From Neophaeotheca triangularis (lineage: Eukaryota): a DNA stretch of 64,000 nt. Where the stretch lies: the NCBI GenBank assembly GCA_054600435.1, contig BAAIJX010000002.1, forward strand, positions 806,001 to 870,000, in the 5' to 3' direction. The notes beneath the pieces were generated by a model. It was given only the letters and a program-made list of their open reading frames with translations, did not search any database and was not told the origin of the DNA. Shown here one piece after another: positions 35,796-47,253 of this stretch (the stretch's first letter is position 1; each line of letters begins with the position of its first letter). The translations under genes were made by a program, and so were the position numbers.

Positions 35796-36422
35796 ATGGC
35801 GAAGCCTACACTCCTGGGATTGCCGCCTGAGCTACGCAACCGCATCTACGAAGAGTTGCGCGAACGTACCAACCACTACACGTGGAGTCCACAACTCTAC
35901 CTCAACAACAACCGCAACCCAAAGCTCCCGACCATCACCCAAGCATGCACGCAAACGCGAGCCGAGACGCTGCCCATGTTCACAAGCGACCTGGATGTCT
36001 ATCTCAAATCCGTACTTGTGTCGCCTCGAGATTACCATGCACTAGCCCTAGCAACACGAATTAAAGAGCAAAAGCTCGAGAGCCTCGCAGCTTTCTTCGG
36101 CCATGACGCGCTACGCCATGTGAAACGCATCACCATCCGATACCACATCGAGTATCTTTACGCAAGAACTACAAACGGCGTGCCGCCTGCTCGCGATTAC
36201 ATTCTTGAGATCAACGCTCCCGCGAAAAGCACTCGGATCACTACGCTCGACGGATATAGTCCCAGTGTCCGAGGAAGCCGCGAGTGCAGAGACCGTCAGG
36301 CTATGGTCGATCAAGTGATGAAATCTTGCCAGTTTGTAGGAGTCAAGGCTGTGACGGCGGAGAACGTTATTGATAGGGTTGAGCAGGGATTAGTTCAGGC
36401 GGCAATTGAGGTTGATCAGTAG
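35796..36422 (+). CDS. hypothetical protein with N-terminal F-box-like motif
   Basis: MAKPTLLGLPPELRNRIYEEL followed by PTITQACTQTRAETLPMF, a common F-box-like pattern in fungal hypothetical proteins. Confidence 0.75.
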   Translation: MAKPTLLGLPPELRNRIYEELRERTNHYTWSPQLYLNNNRNPKLPTITQACTQTRAETLPMFTSDLDVYLKSVLVSPRDYHALALATRIKEQKLESLAAFFGHDALRHVKRITIRYHIEYLYARTTNGVPPARDYILEINAPAKSTRITTLDGYSPSVRGSRECRDRQAMVDQVMKSCQFVGVKAVTAENVIDRVEQGLVQAAIEVDQ

Positions 36423-37663
36423 CTCGGGTTGATGCTACTGAGTATGGAGTTGCGAGTGGGTTAGAGTCTTAAAGAACCTGAGATGCTAGGCAGTAAGGAG
36501 GGAAGGGTGCGGCCAAAGCTGTTTGCTACTGCAGCGATCGGTATACCGTATCTGCGAGACTTGATTGGTATGCGCTGCTACTAGGTTGTCATTACTGTTA
36601 GAAATGCGAAAGTACCCCTTTGTAGCGTCCTCGACGTCGAAGACACTCGATCCGGTGCCTTTCGTCCGTTCTCATTCCCATCATTTGTAGAGCATAGTAG
36701 ATGGGGTCTTGAGGGGTTGCGAGGTTTAGGGGAAGAATGCAGTCGCTTTCTCTGTAAACAGATGCGACGGTTCACTTGCGCTGTCTCACATAGATAATCT
36801 TTAACGTCTTCGTGTACGTCTCAATGATGTCGGTCTCCATCCTAGGGACCTGTCTTCCCCTAAGACGTTAAATCAGCATACGCAAAGTGACCCCAAGGGC
36901 AGTGAATAATATTTGGCTTGATATTGAGCTGGAAAAACCGCAAGAATCTTTATACATCGATCGTTCAGCTTCCACTCCCGCCCTCCTTCCTTACCTTGTG
37001 AATGCCAAAGTAATATTTCGAATGCACCCCTGAACCAGAAGCACAGACCTCTGGCTGAAAATTAATTACCTACATTTCCTTGTCCTGTTGGCAACATTCC
37101 ACCAACCCTTCCCTAACTAGACTACATCGACCGAGCATCTTAGGCACTGAAGTGTAAGCGGAAGAAAAAGCAACTCTCGTATGTACTTGGCTAACTCATT
37201 CACCAGTGGTGCCGCACCATTCGATCATGGCCGACACACATGAGGTCGATTTGAACGAGGGCGGACATACCAGCGCCGGCACAGGCAATACAGCGTCAGC
37301 CATGAGTATAAAGAAGACAAAGTGTTGAGTAGTCATTAGTCGTAATTTAGAATCCCTAAAACCTAGTCTGCAGTCTACTCGAGAGTAGCTCAAAGCTCCG
37401 CTAGGTGAAGGAAGCAGCATCGTTCCGAAAGCAAGCGAAATCTTCCGAGAAAGACCGCAGCATTCTCTCGATGACTATCCGTGAACCCAAAGGAAAAACG
37501 GCCGAATCGTAATGCACTGCCCTCAATTGATAGTGCGAGGGGCACCCTCAGCTGCAAACGCCATGTTCCCATCTCTCTCGCAGAACCCGCAGAAACTCCT
37601 CCGCTCCAAGCAACAGATCGTTTCCACAACCCCTGCTCCGTATTCCACAGTGTTCCCGACTCC

Positions 37664-40600
37664 TCACTTCCCCCCCTCCCCCTCATCCTTCCCATCCTTC
37701 CCCTCACCCGCACTCCCGCTCCTCGAAAAAATCCTATTCTTGATCCCTCTTAACCCCGAACTCGCATTCGATTCCTTCCTGGGCTTCTCCTTCTTCTCGC
37801 GATTCTCAGACCTCAATTCCCCATCCGCAAAAGCCTGCTCCCATCCATAAGCATCGGGCTGTCTACCACCCACAGCTGGAACTTCGATGGGAACGTGCCT
37901 CGGCTGGCGTGTCGCGGATGTAGGTGTGTGAGCTGGACCGCTGCCGCTGCCGCTACCTCCGTATTTCTCCCGGATTTGAAGCTCCTCGAGCGCGGTTGTG
38001 AGGGTTTGCGGGAAGGTTTCGGCGCCGACGAGAGGCGCGGTGGTGTTGTGGGACACAAAAGGAGAGGGCACCTCGGAGCGTTGGTGGAGCGGGATCGTGC
38101 CGCCAGCGGAGACGTAGCGTTGTTGGATCGGTGGGCGAGAAGGGTGGGTGGAGGAGAGGGTGCGCGATTGGGACAGGGTGCCGTAGCTGTGGAGTTGGCT
38201 GCTGGTTGTTGTCGTGGAGGCGTGTTGGGAGGAGGGTGCGGTGGTGTAGGTGTAGCCCGTGGGTGAGTGGGTGGGTAGTTTGTTTTCGGGAGTCTTGAAA
38301 TCGGAGGGGCGGCGCGGTGCGGTGCTGTGGCTGCCGGCGTACGCGGGTGGGATGTCGGAGGACGAGCGCTCGCGGTAGCTGGGGACTTGATCCGAGGAGA
38401 CGTAGCTACCGGTGTTGTAGGGGTTCGGGTACTGGCTGTAGGCTTGTGGGTAGGGGTGGTAGCCAGTGTGCGCGTCGTTGTATGTGCGTAGCATCTCTGG
38501 AGTCGTGACGGCAGTGCCTGGTAGTGCGGTGTCATCGTCGTCGGCGGCGTAAGGGTTGTAGGTGCCATAGTCGGTCACTGCTTGCTGCGACGAGCCTCCA
38601 TAGCCGTGGGGATGAGCGCTTTCGCGAGGCGCGGAGTAGTAGCTTTGACCGGTGTTTGACTCCTGGGTAGCGGCACGAACACGGGACGGGCGCATGGTAA
38701 GCTCGTCTTCGCCCTCCGTGGGAGTCTCCGTCTCTTGCTGTTCTTCGCGCACAATGCGCTGGACCAATGCCTCTCTGGGCATGGTGTTACTGGCCAGACG
38801 GAGGGGGGCGGGCTGCAAGGCTGCAAGGTCCTCCGGGAGGTCGTCGTCGTCGATCGCCTGCGACCGAACGTTTCCGCGGACTCGAAAGTCCGGGAAGACG
38901 AACGTGTCGTTGGGGTTCTCTTCCCCCTCGATGGCCCTGGGCACACGACGCGAAGGCATCTGCTCGCCCGACGACGACCCCACCGGCTTGCGCCTGATGG
39001 ATGGACTGGACAATCCCTCCGAAGAGCTATCATTGTCAGTGCTGGCCCAGGAAGTACTTAATGCAGTTTCTTGGTCGTACGGCCCGAACCTCTCTCCCCT
39101 CGTGGGGGTGCTCTGCCTTGGGACACCGCTCTCGACCGCACCAGCAGGCATTAGTGCAGTCGCAGCGGGAGCACCCCGAAGAGTACTCCCGCTGGTGGAG
39201 GGGGGCAGGGAGGCAGCCTGTCCCCATACCGGCGGCGGCTGGGCAGTGACGCTTGGGCGCGCCATTGCCTCAGAGGGGTACCTCTGCCCCGAGTCGCCGC
39301 CGTATAGCTCCAGATTGATCGGGTGCTTCTGCTTGCGCACCCCCGCCGATGGCGTCCTTGGGCGATTCTGGTCTGGGACGTGCACCAAGTGCCCCAAATT
39401 GCTCTCCGCACGGGCCCTCTGCTGGAATTGGGCCAGTTCCAGGCGCTGCTGGTCAGCGTACTGACGAGCAGGCGCCAAAGCGCGGTCGAAGTTGTGCGCG
39501 ATGTCAGCGACACCGGCACCTCCAACCTCCTGCCCGCCAGACACACCGCCAGCAGCGGGGAACTGGCCCATAGTGGCCTGTTGTTCGCGTTCCCGCTGCT
39601 CGCGGTTGAACGCCTCTTGATTGCGCCGAAGCGCCTCCTCCGCCCTCTCAATCTCTCTCCTCTCCCGATCGAGCGCTGCTTGCTGCTCTTCGAGCTCTGC
39701 CTTTCGGCGTTGGAGCTCCATGTCTCCCATTGGTTGTGCCTTTGGATCTTTTGTAAGTTCTGTCTGGCTGCAAGCGCAAAAGCACTTGGCATTCTTGATT
39801 TTGTGGGTGGTGGTGGTGCAATGACGATGCTCGGAGCATGTGCATGTGCAGGTGAGGTGAGGTTTCAGGAATGCAAGCTCTCCATGAGGACTTACTTGAC
39901 GCTGTTCTTCGGCGTAGTTGTGTTGTGGTGCCATGGTTGTCGGGAGTGTGGAATGTTGGTGTGGCGTGGTGGGAGACTGAGAAGAAGCTGAAGGAGGTGC
40001 GGGCGGAGTTTTGTTGTTGCCAGAGCAGCTGCCTTGCGTGAGCTTTGGAGGTGAGCTTTTTCTGCCGGCAATGATGTCACCGGGGCGCATCTGGTCGGCG
40101 GTCAGGTTGGCGGCGTCGACGTTTGATGAAGTGAGGGGTTCGTTGTTGACGGCTGCGTGACGCTGGGTTCGCTGCTCGGTTTCGTCTTGTTCGTGCCAAA
40201 GCATACCAACTATCATCTCAGGGGCGAGTTTATTGATGTCGCACAGCCCTTCGAGAGAGGTGTATAGGCTGCAACCGGGGGAAAGGGGTTGGGTGAGGTG
40301 AGGTAGCGAGAATTGCTTAGCGGAGCTCTGGTGACGAGGGAGCTTTGCGTTCCTCTCACGCACCGCACGGTCCAAGGCCGCGACAAGCTCTGGTCTGTTG
40401 ATAATGTCCCAGCCACGTTCAAGGATCGTTGCGAGGTTGAGCAGTGTGAAAGGCGTACCGGATTCGTTTAGTGTAGCCGCCCAGCCGAAATGGTGAACGA
40501 TGGTGAAGTGGTTCGCAAAGCCAGAGGTGATACGGAATTCAACGTCGCGATAGAGTTGACGAATCTCCGCAGATAGAGCGTAGTACAGCGAGTCCCAGCT

Positions 40601-40756
40601 GGAGAGATCGGCGGTACTCTCCAAAAGTTCTGGAAGCTCACAAGTGCTTCCGGGTCGAACGCTTTTACAAGGAGACGACTTCCTCTTTTCCAGTAGATTA
40701 CCGGAAACGCTTGCCTTGCCTGAGCTAAGACTAGACATTCGTGAGTGTGGAGCCAA
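37664..40756 (-). CDS. large mostly disordered hypothetical protein with a coiled coil (true start and splicing uncertain)
   Basis: 1030-aa open frame; coiled coil ELQRRKAELEEQQAALDRERREIERAEE; Y/P/S-rich tail. GTAAGT at 39895 suggests an internal intron, and the gene may start at the Met near 39934. Confidence 0.65.
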   Translation of the reverse strand: MAPHSRMSSLSSGKASVSGNLLEKRKSSPCKSVRPGSTCELPELLESTADLSSWDSLYYALSAEIRQLYRDVEFRITSGFANHFTIVHHFGWAATLNESGTPFTLLNLATILERGWDIINRPELVAALDRAVRERNAKLPRHQSSAKQFSLPHLTQPLSPGCSLYTSLEGLCDINKLAPEMIVGMLWHEQDETEQRTQRHAAVNNEPLTSSNVDAANLTADQMRPGDIIAGRKSSPPKLTQGSCSGNNKTPPAPPSASSQSPTTPHQHSTLPTTMAPQHNYAEEQRQVSPHGELAFLKPHLTCTCTCSEHRHCTTTTHKIKNAKCFCACSQTELTKDPKAQPMGDMELQRRKAELEEQQAALDRERREIERAEEALRRNQEAFNREQREREQQATMGQFPAAGGVSGGQEVGGAGVADIAHNFDRALAPARQYADQQRLELAQFQQRARAESNLGHLVHVPDQNRPRTPSAGVRKQKHPINLELYGGDSGQRYPSEAMARPSVTAQPPPVWGQAASLPPSTSGSTLRGAPAATALMPAGAVESGVPRQSTPTRGERFGPYDQETALSTSWASTDNDSSSEGLSSPSIRRKPVGSSSGEQMPSRRVPRAIEGEENPNDTFVFPDFRVRGNVRSQAIDDDDLPEDLAALQPAPLRLASNTMPREALVQRIVREEQQETETPTEGEDELTMRPSRVRAATQESNTGQSYYSAPRESAHPHGYGGSSQQAVTDYGTYNPYAADDDDTALPGTAVTTPEMLRTYNDAHTGYHPYPQAYSQYPNPYNTGSYVSSDQVPSYRERSSSDIPPAYAGSHSTAPRRPSDFKTPENKLPTHSPTGYTYTTAPSSQHASTTTTSSQLHSYGTLSQSRTLSSTHPSRPPIQQRYVSAGGTIPLHQRSEVPSPFVSHNTTAPLVGAETFPQTLTTALEELQIREKYGGSGSGSGPAHTPTSATRQPRHVPIEVPAVGGRQPDAYGWEQAFADGELRSENREKKEKPRKESNASSGLRGIKNRIFSRSGSAGEGKDGKDEGEGGK

Positions 40757-40859
40757 TGGTTGCGGCGCTCTTTGACCATGAATAGCGCAGAGGCAGAAAG
40801 CCAGCGCGCTTTTCCCATTGCATATCTATAGAGCAAATCAGTCGGTGCTAAGATGAATC

Positions 40860-42800
40860 TAGGGTTTGAGTTGACCTACATCGCTATGATAGAACGGTGC
40901 CATTTTCTTGTGGGAGTATACCAGCTTCGAAAGCTCCCTGAGATGACGCTTGACCTCGCTGTGCTCCATGGGTGCGATGCCGCCGTTTTCGACAGCCTCG
41001 CGGGCAGAGCTAGGATTGTGCTTCATGTTCAAGCCCTGCAACTCCACGGTACTTCGGCCTGGATTGGGAATCTCCATTGCTTTGGTATGTATCGATCTCT
41101 GTACAGCACAGATAAGGTAAGTGATGTCGACTTCGCAGCGGAAGAGAACAAGGGTAACGCAATGCTGAGATGCGGAAACTGTATTTGATATAGTGAGGGC
41201 TCCCATTAGCGGAGAAAAAACCAGGCGATGCGGTGCTTCCGATCAACAGAAACCACAATCGTACCCGACAATACCTGTCGGTCTGGCTTAGCGCTATTGT
41301 CGAAAGCGAAAGCCTCACTTCGGCGATGCCAAGATTTTACGCGGAGCAGCCAAGCCATCTGGATAACGCATTAGATCTTCTCTTTCAAGTTACACGGATT
41401 TCCATTGAATAAAGCAACAGAATGCTATCGAAACGTACCTTTACCCGTGTTCATAGCAGGTTCGTTCAGCTGGGTGTCGAGGAGCCTGTAAGCCGAAGCC
41501 AATCTTCAACACCAAGGCCGACAGAATTCATCAGCAGCGACGGAGTCAAGCTCAGAGAAGCGGAGATCGCAAGCTTGTCTCACCAAACGGTATACTCACG
41601 GTTTTTCCCGCCGTATTTAGAGGTCGCATTGATCGACGGTGAAATTGGCCACGTCACACGAATGCAACACTCGGCAGTGGCAGTTGCATCGTCAGCATCG
41701 GCTTACCACTCGGCCTTCCTCTCTGACCTTTCTCTTTGAGACGGCCCCTGCCACCAACAGTGATGGAATGGGACTGCGCGGGATCGTGGAGGTTGGAACA
41801 CGTCGCATGGTGATCCGAATATCGATCGTGCCAGGTCTCGGCTTGGCAAACGTTTTGGCGTACAATACGGCCGAGCTAGATATGCTCAAAACCCAGTGTC
41901 ACGACCCCGTCGCAATTTCTGGTTAGAAAAGCAGCTGATGACAGGATTGGAGAAGTGGCTCGAAGCATCAGAATGATCGTTGAGCTTTGTTGCGCACTTT
42001 TGCGCACCATCACGGAACACCTCCTCGCATGAGCATCATCCATACCAGGTCGCTGCCATGGTGGCATCATGGAGTGAAGCAATCCGTCAAGTGGCGATGT
42101 TCATTGTAGCCAACCGATAGCAGCAACCAGACAGCGGAAAAAGATATCAAGGCCAGACGAAGGGCAGTAGAGACCTCTCCTGGTTGATCGGCGGGAAGCG
42201 GAAGCCGTGGCGGGCCAGAGTGGGTGTTCGAGAAAGGCTGATCTCGCGATGGACTGTGTGCCGACAAGACCAGGTACGGGTCCGACGTTTGTGAGTATAG
42301 CTTCGAGAGACTTGGTGCCATACAAGGCCATCTCTTCGGGTTCCCTCCGACTGTGCAATATCCTCTCATCATCATCTTGACCCAAAAAGCACTCGCGCAA
42401 GCTCCCACAGTTTTAGTATTGGCCTCGACGGCCATGACAGAGATTTCAAAACAATCACCACGATCAAATGCCAAATGGCATCCCCAAAACTATGACAAGC
42501 AGGTCAAAGTCAGGAACAGATGTTGCTGATTGCTCTAGCCGGTCTTGACACGTTTCAAGCTAAATCGACTTGCTACGTGGACAAACCAACGTAATCTAGG
42601 CTTATATCGGCAAGTTCCGCCTTGAGGTCCGCCGGCGACTGGGTTGGATAGGTGATTCGGAGTAGTTGAAGGCCCTTCAACGTGGTTAGAGATCCCAATA
42701 AGGGTATTAGTGAATCGTTCCCATCACATGAAAAAGTGAGATGAGCTTCAAAGAGAAGGAGCATAAACAGAAGTTGTGTCAGAATGAATATAATAAAGCA
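40860..42800. pseudogene. possible degenerate gene relic
   Basis: About 2 kb with several short protein-like fragments broken by stops and no coherent gene model. Confidence 0.2.
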
Positions 42801-43435
42801 AACCTTTAGATGTAGGTGCTTAGTTCCGAGCCACGAGCCCGTCAGTGAAGATTGTGGGAAGCGCTATTGCTGGGGGAATGATTCGGATTGTAGGTAAAAT
42901 GAGTATCTAATATAACGCAGGTCAGGAGCAGAGTCGTGGACATCCACGATGGTAGAATGCAGCAAAGAAAGGAAAAGAGTGTCGATTCGTCTCGTCGTCT
43001 CAACCAGGTGAAGTCGGGAAGCATGCCGCCAAGGCTCGGAGCCACACACTCGCCGACGCCGATATCCGGAGTTGTACCGACTTGAGAGCTTGTGACGCGA
43101 CGCGCTCAGCGCTCCTCGCATCGACCAGCTTCCATTCCCTCCACTCTTCCTCACCTGCACCTCGCTCTCTTTTGCGCCAGCAAGAATAGCACTTCACTTG
43201 CACGCATGCGAAGACAGAAAGCTCATCTTCACTACGATTCATCCACACCTTCTCCACCACACACTTTCGCGCTACTCATTACCCTCCCTCATCGCCAGCA
43301 ACAGCAATAATAACACCACTGCGACCCTCCATCCCCCGGCTACCATTGACATATCTACGACTCCGCATCCATAGCACCAGACGCTCACCAATACTACTCC
43401 ACCTCTCTCCATATCATCTCAGTACATACCTCACC

Positions 43436-44278
43436 ATGTCCGGCTACGCTAAAATGAAGAATGCCGAGCTGGAGGCCATGTGCAAGGAGCGCGGCCTCAC
43501 TCACACCGGCAAGAAGGCCGACCTTGTCAAGCGCCTCGACGACTACGATGCCGCCGGCAAGACCCCTGCTGCCTCCGCTCCGGTCACCACTACCGCCGCT
43601 AACGTCGTCGACGATGAGATCGACTGGGATGCCGACGATGACCTCGAGGCCGCTAAGGCTGCCACCTCCGAGCCAGCCGCCGCTACCATCGCCGCCGGAG
43701 GCACTGGCCAGGTCGCCAACCCTCGCGCCGTCCCCAACCAGGTGGCCGGTGAACACGTCACTGGGGCGGAGACCATTGGTGCTCCCGCTCCCGTCGCAGA
43801 TGCGCCAGACGCTGCCGAGGTTGAAGAGAAGGTCACGGCCAAGCAGCAGACCGCCGAGGAGAAAGCTGCCCAGGACGCAAAGAAGGAGGCTGAGTACACT
43901 TCTGGCATCCAGAAGAACACCGTCGACATGGAGATTGAGGCGATCGAGAAGCGCGCAACCAAGTTCGGCATGACGGAGGAGGCCAAAGTGCGTTTGGAGG
44001 CGCTGCAGCGCGTCAAGAAGTTTGGTGGAGAGGGCGACTTGGGCGGCATTAACGGTGCGCTCAACGACGTTCGCGAGAAGAAGGGCAGGAGGGGTGATCG
44101 CGTGCAGAGCGGGCGTGTGGAGAAGAAGGGTCGTCCGGATGCGGGTGGCAGGAACAACTCCGGAAGGGGCAATGTGGCCAAGGCGGCATCCACCAAGACT
44201 CCTTACCAGCTTTCTGCTGAGGACCAGGCTGCTGCCGAGAAGCGCCGCGCACGATGGGGTCCTAAGCCTTCCACTTGA
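43436..44278 (+). CDS. THO1: SAP-domain RNA-binding protein, Tho1/Mlo1/SARNP family
   Basis: accATG; SAP domain YAKMKNAELEAMCKERGLTHTGKKADLVKRL; Tho1-type motifs KRATKFG, RVKKFG, KRRARWG. Confidence 0.8.
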   Translation: MSGYAKMKNAELEAMCKERGLTHTGKKADLVKRLDDYDAAGKTPAASAPVTTTAANVVDDEIDWDADDDLEAAKAATSEPAAATIAAGGTGQVANPRAVPNQVAGEHVTGAETIGAPAPVADAPDAAEVEEKVTAKQQTAEEKAAQDAKKEAEYTSGIQKNTVDMEIEAIEKRATKFGMTEEAKVRLEALQRVKKFGGEGDLGGINGALNDVREKKGRRGDRVQSGRVEKKGRPDAGGRNNSGRGNVAKAASTKTPYQLSAEDQAAAEKRRARWGPKPST

Positions 44279-44843
44279 TTGACGCGCTAGGCCTTCAAGA
44301 CTGAAATACTAACATTGTCGTAGATGCAAGCCCTGGGTTGGAAAGCGAGAAAAGGTGGAACCCTCAGTTTAAAGCGATGGTGGAGAAACTATACGTGAAG
44401 CGTCTCATCCTCCATGGTCAGAAGGTGGCGACCAAGCTTGTCCGATCCCTCGCTTGAAGGTTTTTGGGATCTGAGGGATACACGGTGTTATGGAGTTTCA
44501 GCGTTACTGGCCCGGTCCGACGACCCATGATGCGACTGTACCACTACGAAGCCTTTTGATCGAGCTCTCAAAGAGCGGTGGCCTTGGACCGCTGCGCGCT
44601 TTCGAGCACTAGTTCAGCAGAATACGATATGGACCGATTTCTATTGCCAAAGGCTAGCACGCACTATCTAAGTCTCACTTCTCGTCCTGCCTTCGTGAAT
44701 TGGGCGCACAGCATCGGTTCGGTGCGCAATCCAATGCAATACTCACGATTTTCAAGCGTTTGTGAGTGTGAGAGTCGAGTGTATCTCCTAACAAAAACCA
44801 GCTAACAGCCATAGATGATACCTCTGAATGGCAGCCGAGCCCC

Positions 44844-46583
44844 TTATAGTTTGGGTTTTGCTGTTGTTACCTTCGAGTCTGCGCGCCTCCATACCTGCAC
44901 CTCCGGTGATCTAGCATAGTCTTCAGGAAAGAGGAAAGGCCCCAGCGTCTTCTTCACTACCTTGCCTGTGCCCGACTTTGGAAGTTCATTCTCTTGAACT
45001 CTCAGCAACGTTGGCATCTTGTAGCCCGCTAACTTGTCGCGCAATTCCGACCTCAGTCGATTTATCGTCAGGCTACGAGGACCGTCTTTCCCAGTAACGA
45101 CCACGGCGCCTACCCGCTGCCCAAACTCTTCGTCGGGTACCCCAACTACCATAACTTCACTGACGTACGACTGCGCCAAGATCTCACGTTCCACATCGAG
45201 AGCTGAGATTTTGTAGCCACCACTCTTGATGATATCCACTGACGCTCTGCCGAGGATCCAGTAGTAATCACCTTCTTTCCGCGCAATGTCACCGGACCGG
45301 AAGTACCCTTCAGGCGTATGTGCAGCTGTTGTGGCTTCAGGATCAAAGAGATAACCGCTAAACATTTCCGGGGACTTGATCAGCACCTCGCCCTCATCAC
45401 CTTCAGACAGCCGCACAACACAGCCCGGTGCCAGGCTACCCACGGAACCATGAGGAACATTCTGATCATCCAGCCGGGCCCTAAAGACGGCGCCAAATTC
45501 AGTCGCTCCATATCGCAGCAAAATCGGCCGTCTTAAGATTCTCTTCCAAAACGCGGCGATCGGCTCCGGCAACGCAGAAGTGCCGCAAAGTCCCACTCTT
45601 AACTCTCTCGCCCCCTTCAAATAATCACCGACATCCATCCTCCTCGCCAGTTCCTCCTCAAAATATCTCTTTAATCGCATCCATATCGTGGGCACTCCAG
45701 AGAAAACACTAACACCGCCCTTCCTCCATCTGTCCCAAATCCAAGCAGCCTCAAACCCGCCACTCCGAAACTCGATCACAGCACCTGCAACTAACGCGGG
45801 AAAGAACATAATCCCGACGCCCGTAGCATGATGCACAGGCAAACAATGCAACACGACGTCCCCCTCACCCAGCCCATAAAAGTCCGCCACCCCCAATGCA
45901 TCAGCGAAAACGTAACTCCTCCGCATTACGCTCCCCTTAGGCGGCCCACTCGTCCCCGAGGTGAAAATCACCACCCCTGGCGCTGAGTCTTCCAAAGGCG
46001 CGTCCGAGCTCACGACCAGCTCCTCTGGCCGCAAACATCGCCCTCCGCAACTCGCACGGATGCCCACGACCGGCAATGCATCGCCCACCCCAATCCTGGC
46101 GATCTCCATACCCAGCAGGAGCAAGCTCTTAGCAACCAGCATCGCCACCGCCCGCGCTTTCTGGACAAAATATACCCCCTCGTCCGCTGGCACGGCAACG
46201 CTAATCGGCACCGCTGCCGCGCCCAGCGCTAGAACCGCTAGCATGCCTACAGCGTATTCGTACCCCCCTGGCGCGAGCACGGCTACATAAACTGCTTCTC
46301 TCGCCTGCAAGCGCCTCAAGACACTCGCATCAAGGGTTTTGTGGAGCGCATTCCGCAGCGCTAGCACGTCGGTCAAGAGGCGAAGGTGCGTGGCTTCCAA
46401 AGGCGGGGCGTTTGGGTTCTTGGGTTTGGGGCTAGTGTCGCGGATTGCGAGGCGCGGGGGTGAATGGTGAGCGTTGCGGACTAGGCGCGCGAAGATGGGG
46501 TGGTTGGGCAAGGTTGTCAGGGAGGTGTGGGATGGGGTGTGCAGGGCGCGGTCTTCGGGGATTGGAGGGGAGATGGGGGCCAT
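44844..46583 (-). CDS. acyl-CoA synthetase/ligase (AMP-binding, ACSF3/MatB-like), C-terminal PKL
   Basis: IFTSGTSGPPKG, RYGATEFG, GYFRSGD, GRASVDIIKSGGYKISALDVERE, LPKSGTGKV. Start taken as accATGg at 46583. Confidence 0.92.
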   Translation of the reverse strand: MAPISPPIPEDRALHTPSHTSLTTLPNHPIFARLVRNAHHSPPRLAIRDTSPKPKNPNAPPLEATHLRLLTDVLALRNALHKTLDASVLRRLQAREAVYVAVLAPGGYEYAVGMLAVLALGAAAVPISVAVPADEGVYFVQKARAVAMLVAKSLLLLGMEIARIGVGDALPVVGIRASCGGRCLRPEELVVSSDAPLEDSAPGVVIFTSGTSGPPKGSVMRRSYVFADALGVADFYGLGEGDVVLHCLPVHHATGVGIMFFPALVAGAVIEFRSGGFEAAWIWDRWRKGGVSVFSGVPTIWMRLKRYFEEELARRMDVGDYLKGARELRVGLCGTSALPEPIAAFWKRILRRPILLRYGATEFGAVFRARLDDQNVPHGSVGSLAPGCVVRLSEGDEGEVLIKSPEMFSGYLFDPEATTAAHTPEGYFRSGDIARKEGDYYWILGRASVDIIKSGGYKISALDVEREILAQSYVSEVMVVGVPDEEFGQRVGAVVVTGKDGPRSLTINRLRSELRDKLAGYKMPTLLRVQENELPKSGTGKVVKKTLGPFLFPEDYARSPEVQVWRRADSKVTTAKPKL

Positions 46584-46967
46584 GGTGATGGTTTGTTTTC
46601 TGGAACTTTGGTGATGCTGGGGATTGTTTGAATTGCGTTTCAGTCTCATAGGCGGGCAACGGTGGTACTCTCGCCACTGGTGGTTCGTTTCGAGCTTTGC
46701 TGGCGTGCTTTGAGTAAGTTCGTTCCTTCTGACAGCTCCCCTAGACGGCTTTTGGAAGTTCGTATCGGGCGCCTAGCTCTCACATGCTTAGTCCATCTCG
46801 TTTGCTACGCGAGCCTTTCCGTTCTTGATACTGAATACAAGGAGATTGTAATACCGGTTATGACGGTGTACGAAAATGTACAGTGCCGGAAATACCGGCG
46901 ATAACTAAACATGGGGTCTCTCCACGCGGGGAAAGCTCTCGGTCGGCATGCTTGATCCCATGTCAGG

Positions 46968-46977
46968 ACCGAGGATA
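46968..46977. promoter_or_regulatory. ACCGAGGATA, FarA/FarB-type CCGAGG site in the divergent ligase/oxidase promoter
   Basis: CCGAGG/CCTCGG is the established core for Aspergillus FarA/FarB fatty-acid regulators. The same 10-mer recurs at 50399. Confidence 0.55.
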
Positions 46978-47253
46978 TCTTGAGGGGATGTCGTTCACGT
47001 ATATTCTGTTAAGTCGATTTGTTGCTGGTGTTTCTTTCCTGTTGCTGACGGTGATGGATTGTCGGATAGCGACTAACAGTTGAAGAAGCTGCAAGCTTTT
47101 TCCCTAGATCGATTGACGACTCGATGAGCACGACTCCACTTTACTCTTGCTGATGCTCGAGGCGATCTTGAAGAGTAACTGATGATCGAAGCGACCTTAC
47201 TATTTGGACGCCGATAACACCAGCCTCAGCATACCAGACCACTACCAACTAAC

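Noticed and set aside
39760..39895. Cys/His-rich stretch HLTCTCTCSEHRHC...CFCACS as a metal-binding domain
   Set aside because: Begins right after a perfect GTAAGT donor and derives from simple TGCACA/CAC repeats, so it is probably intron read-through.
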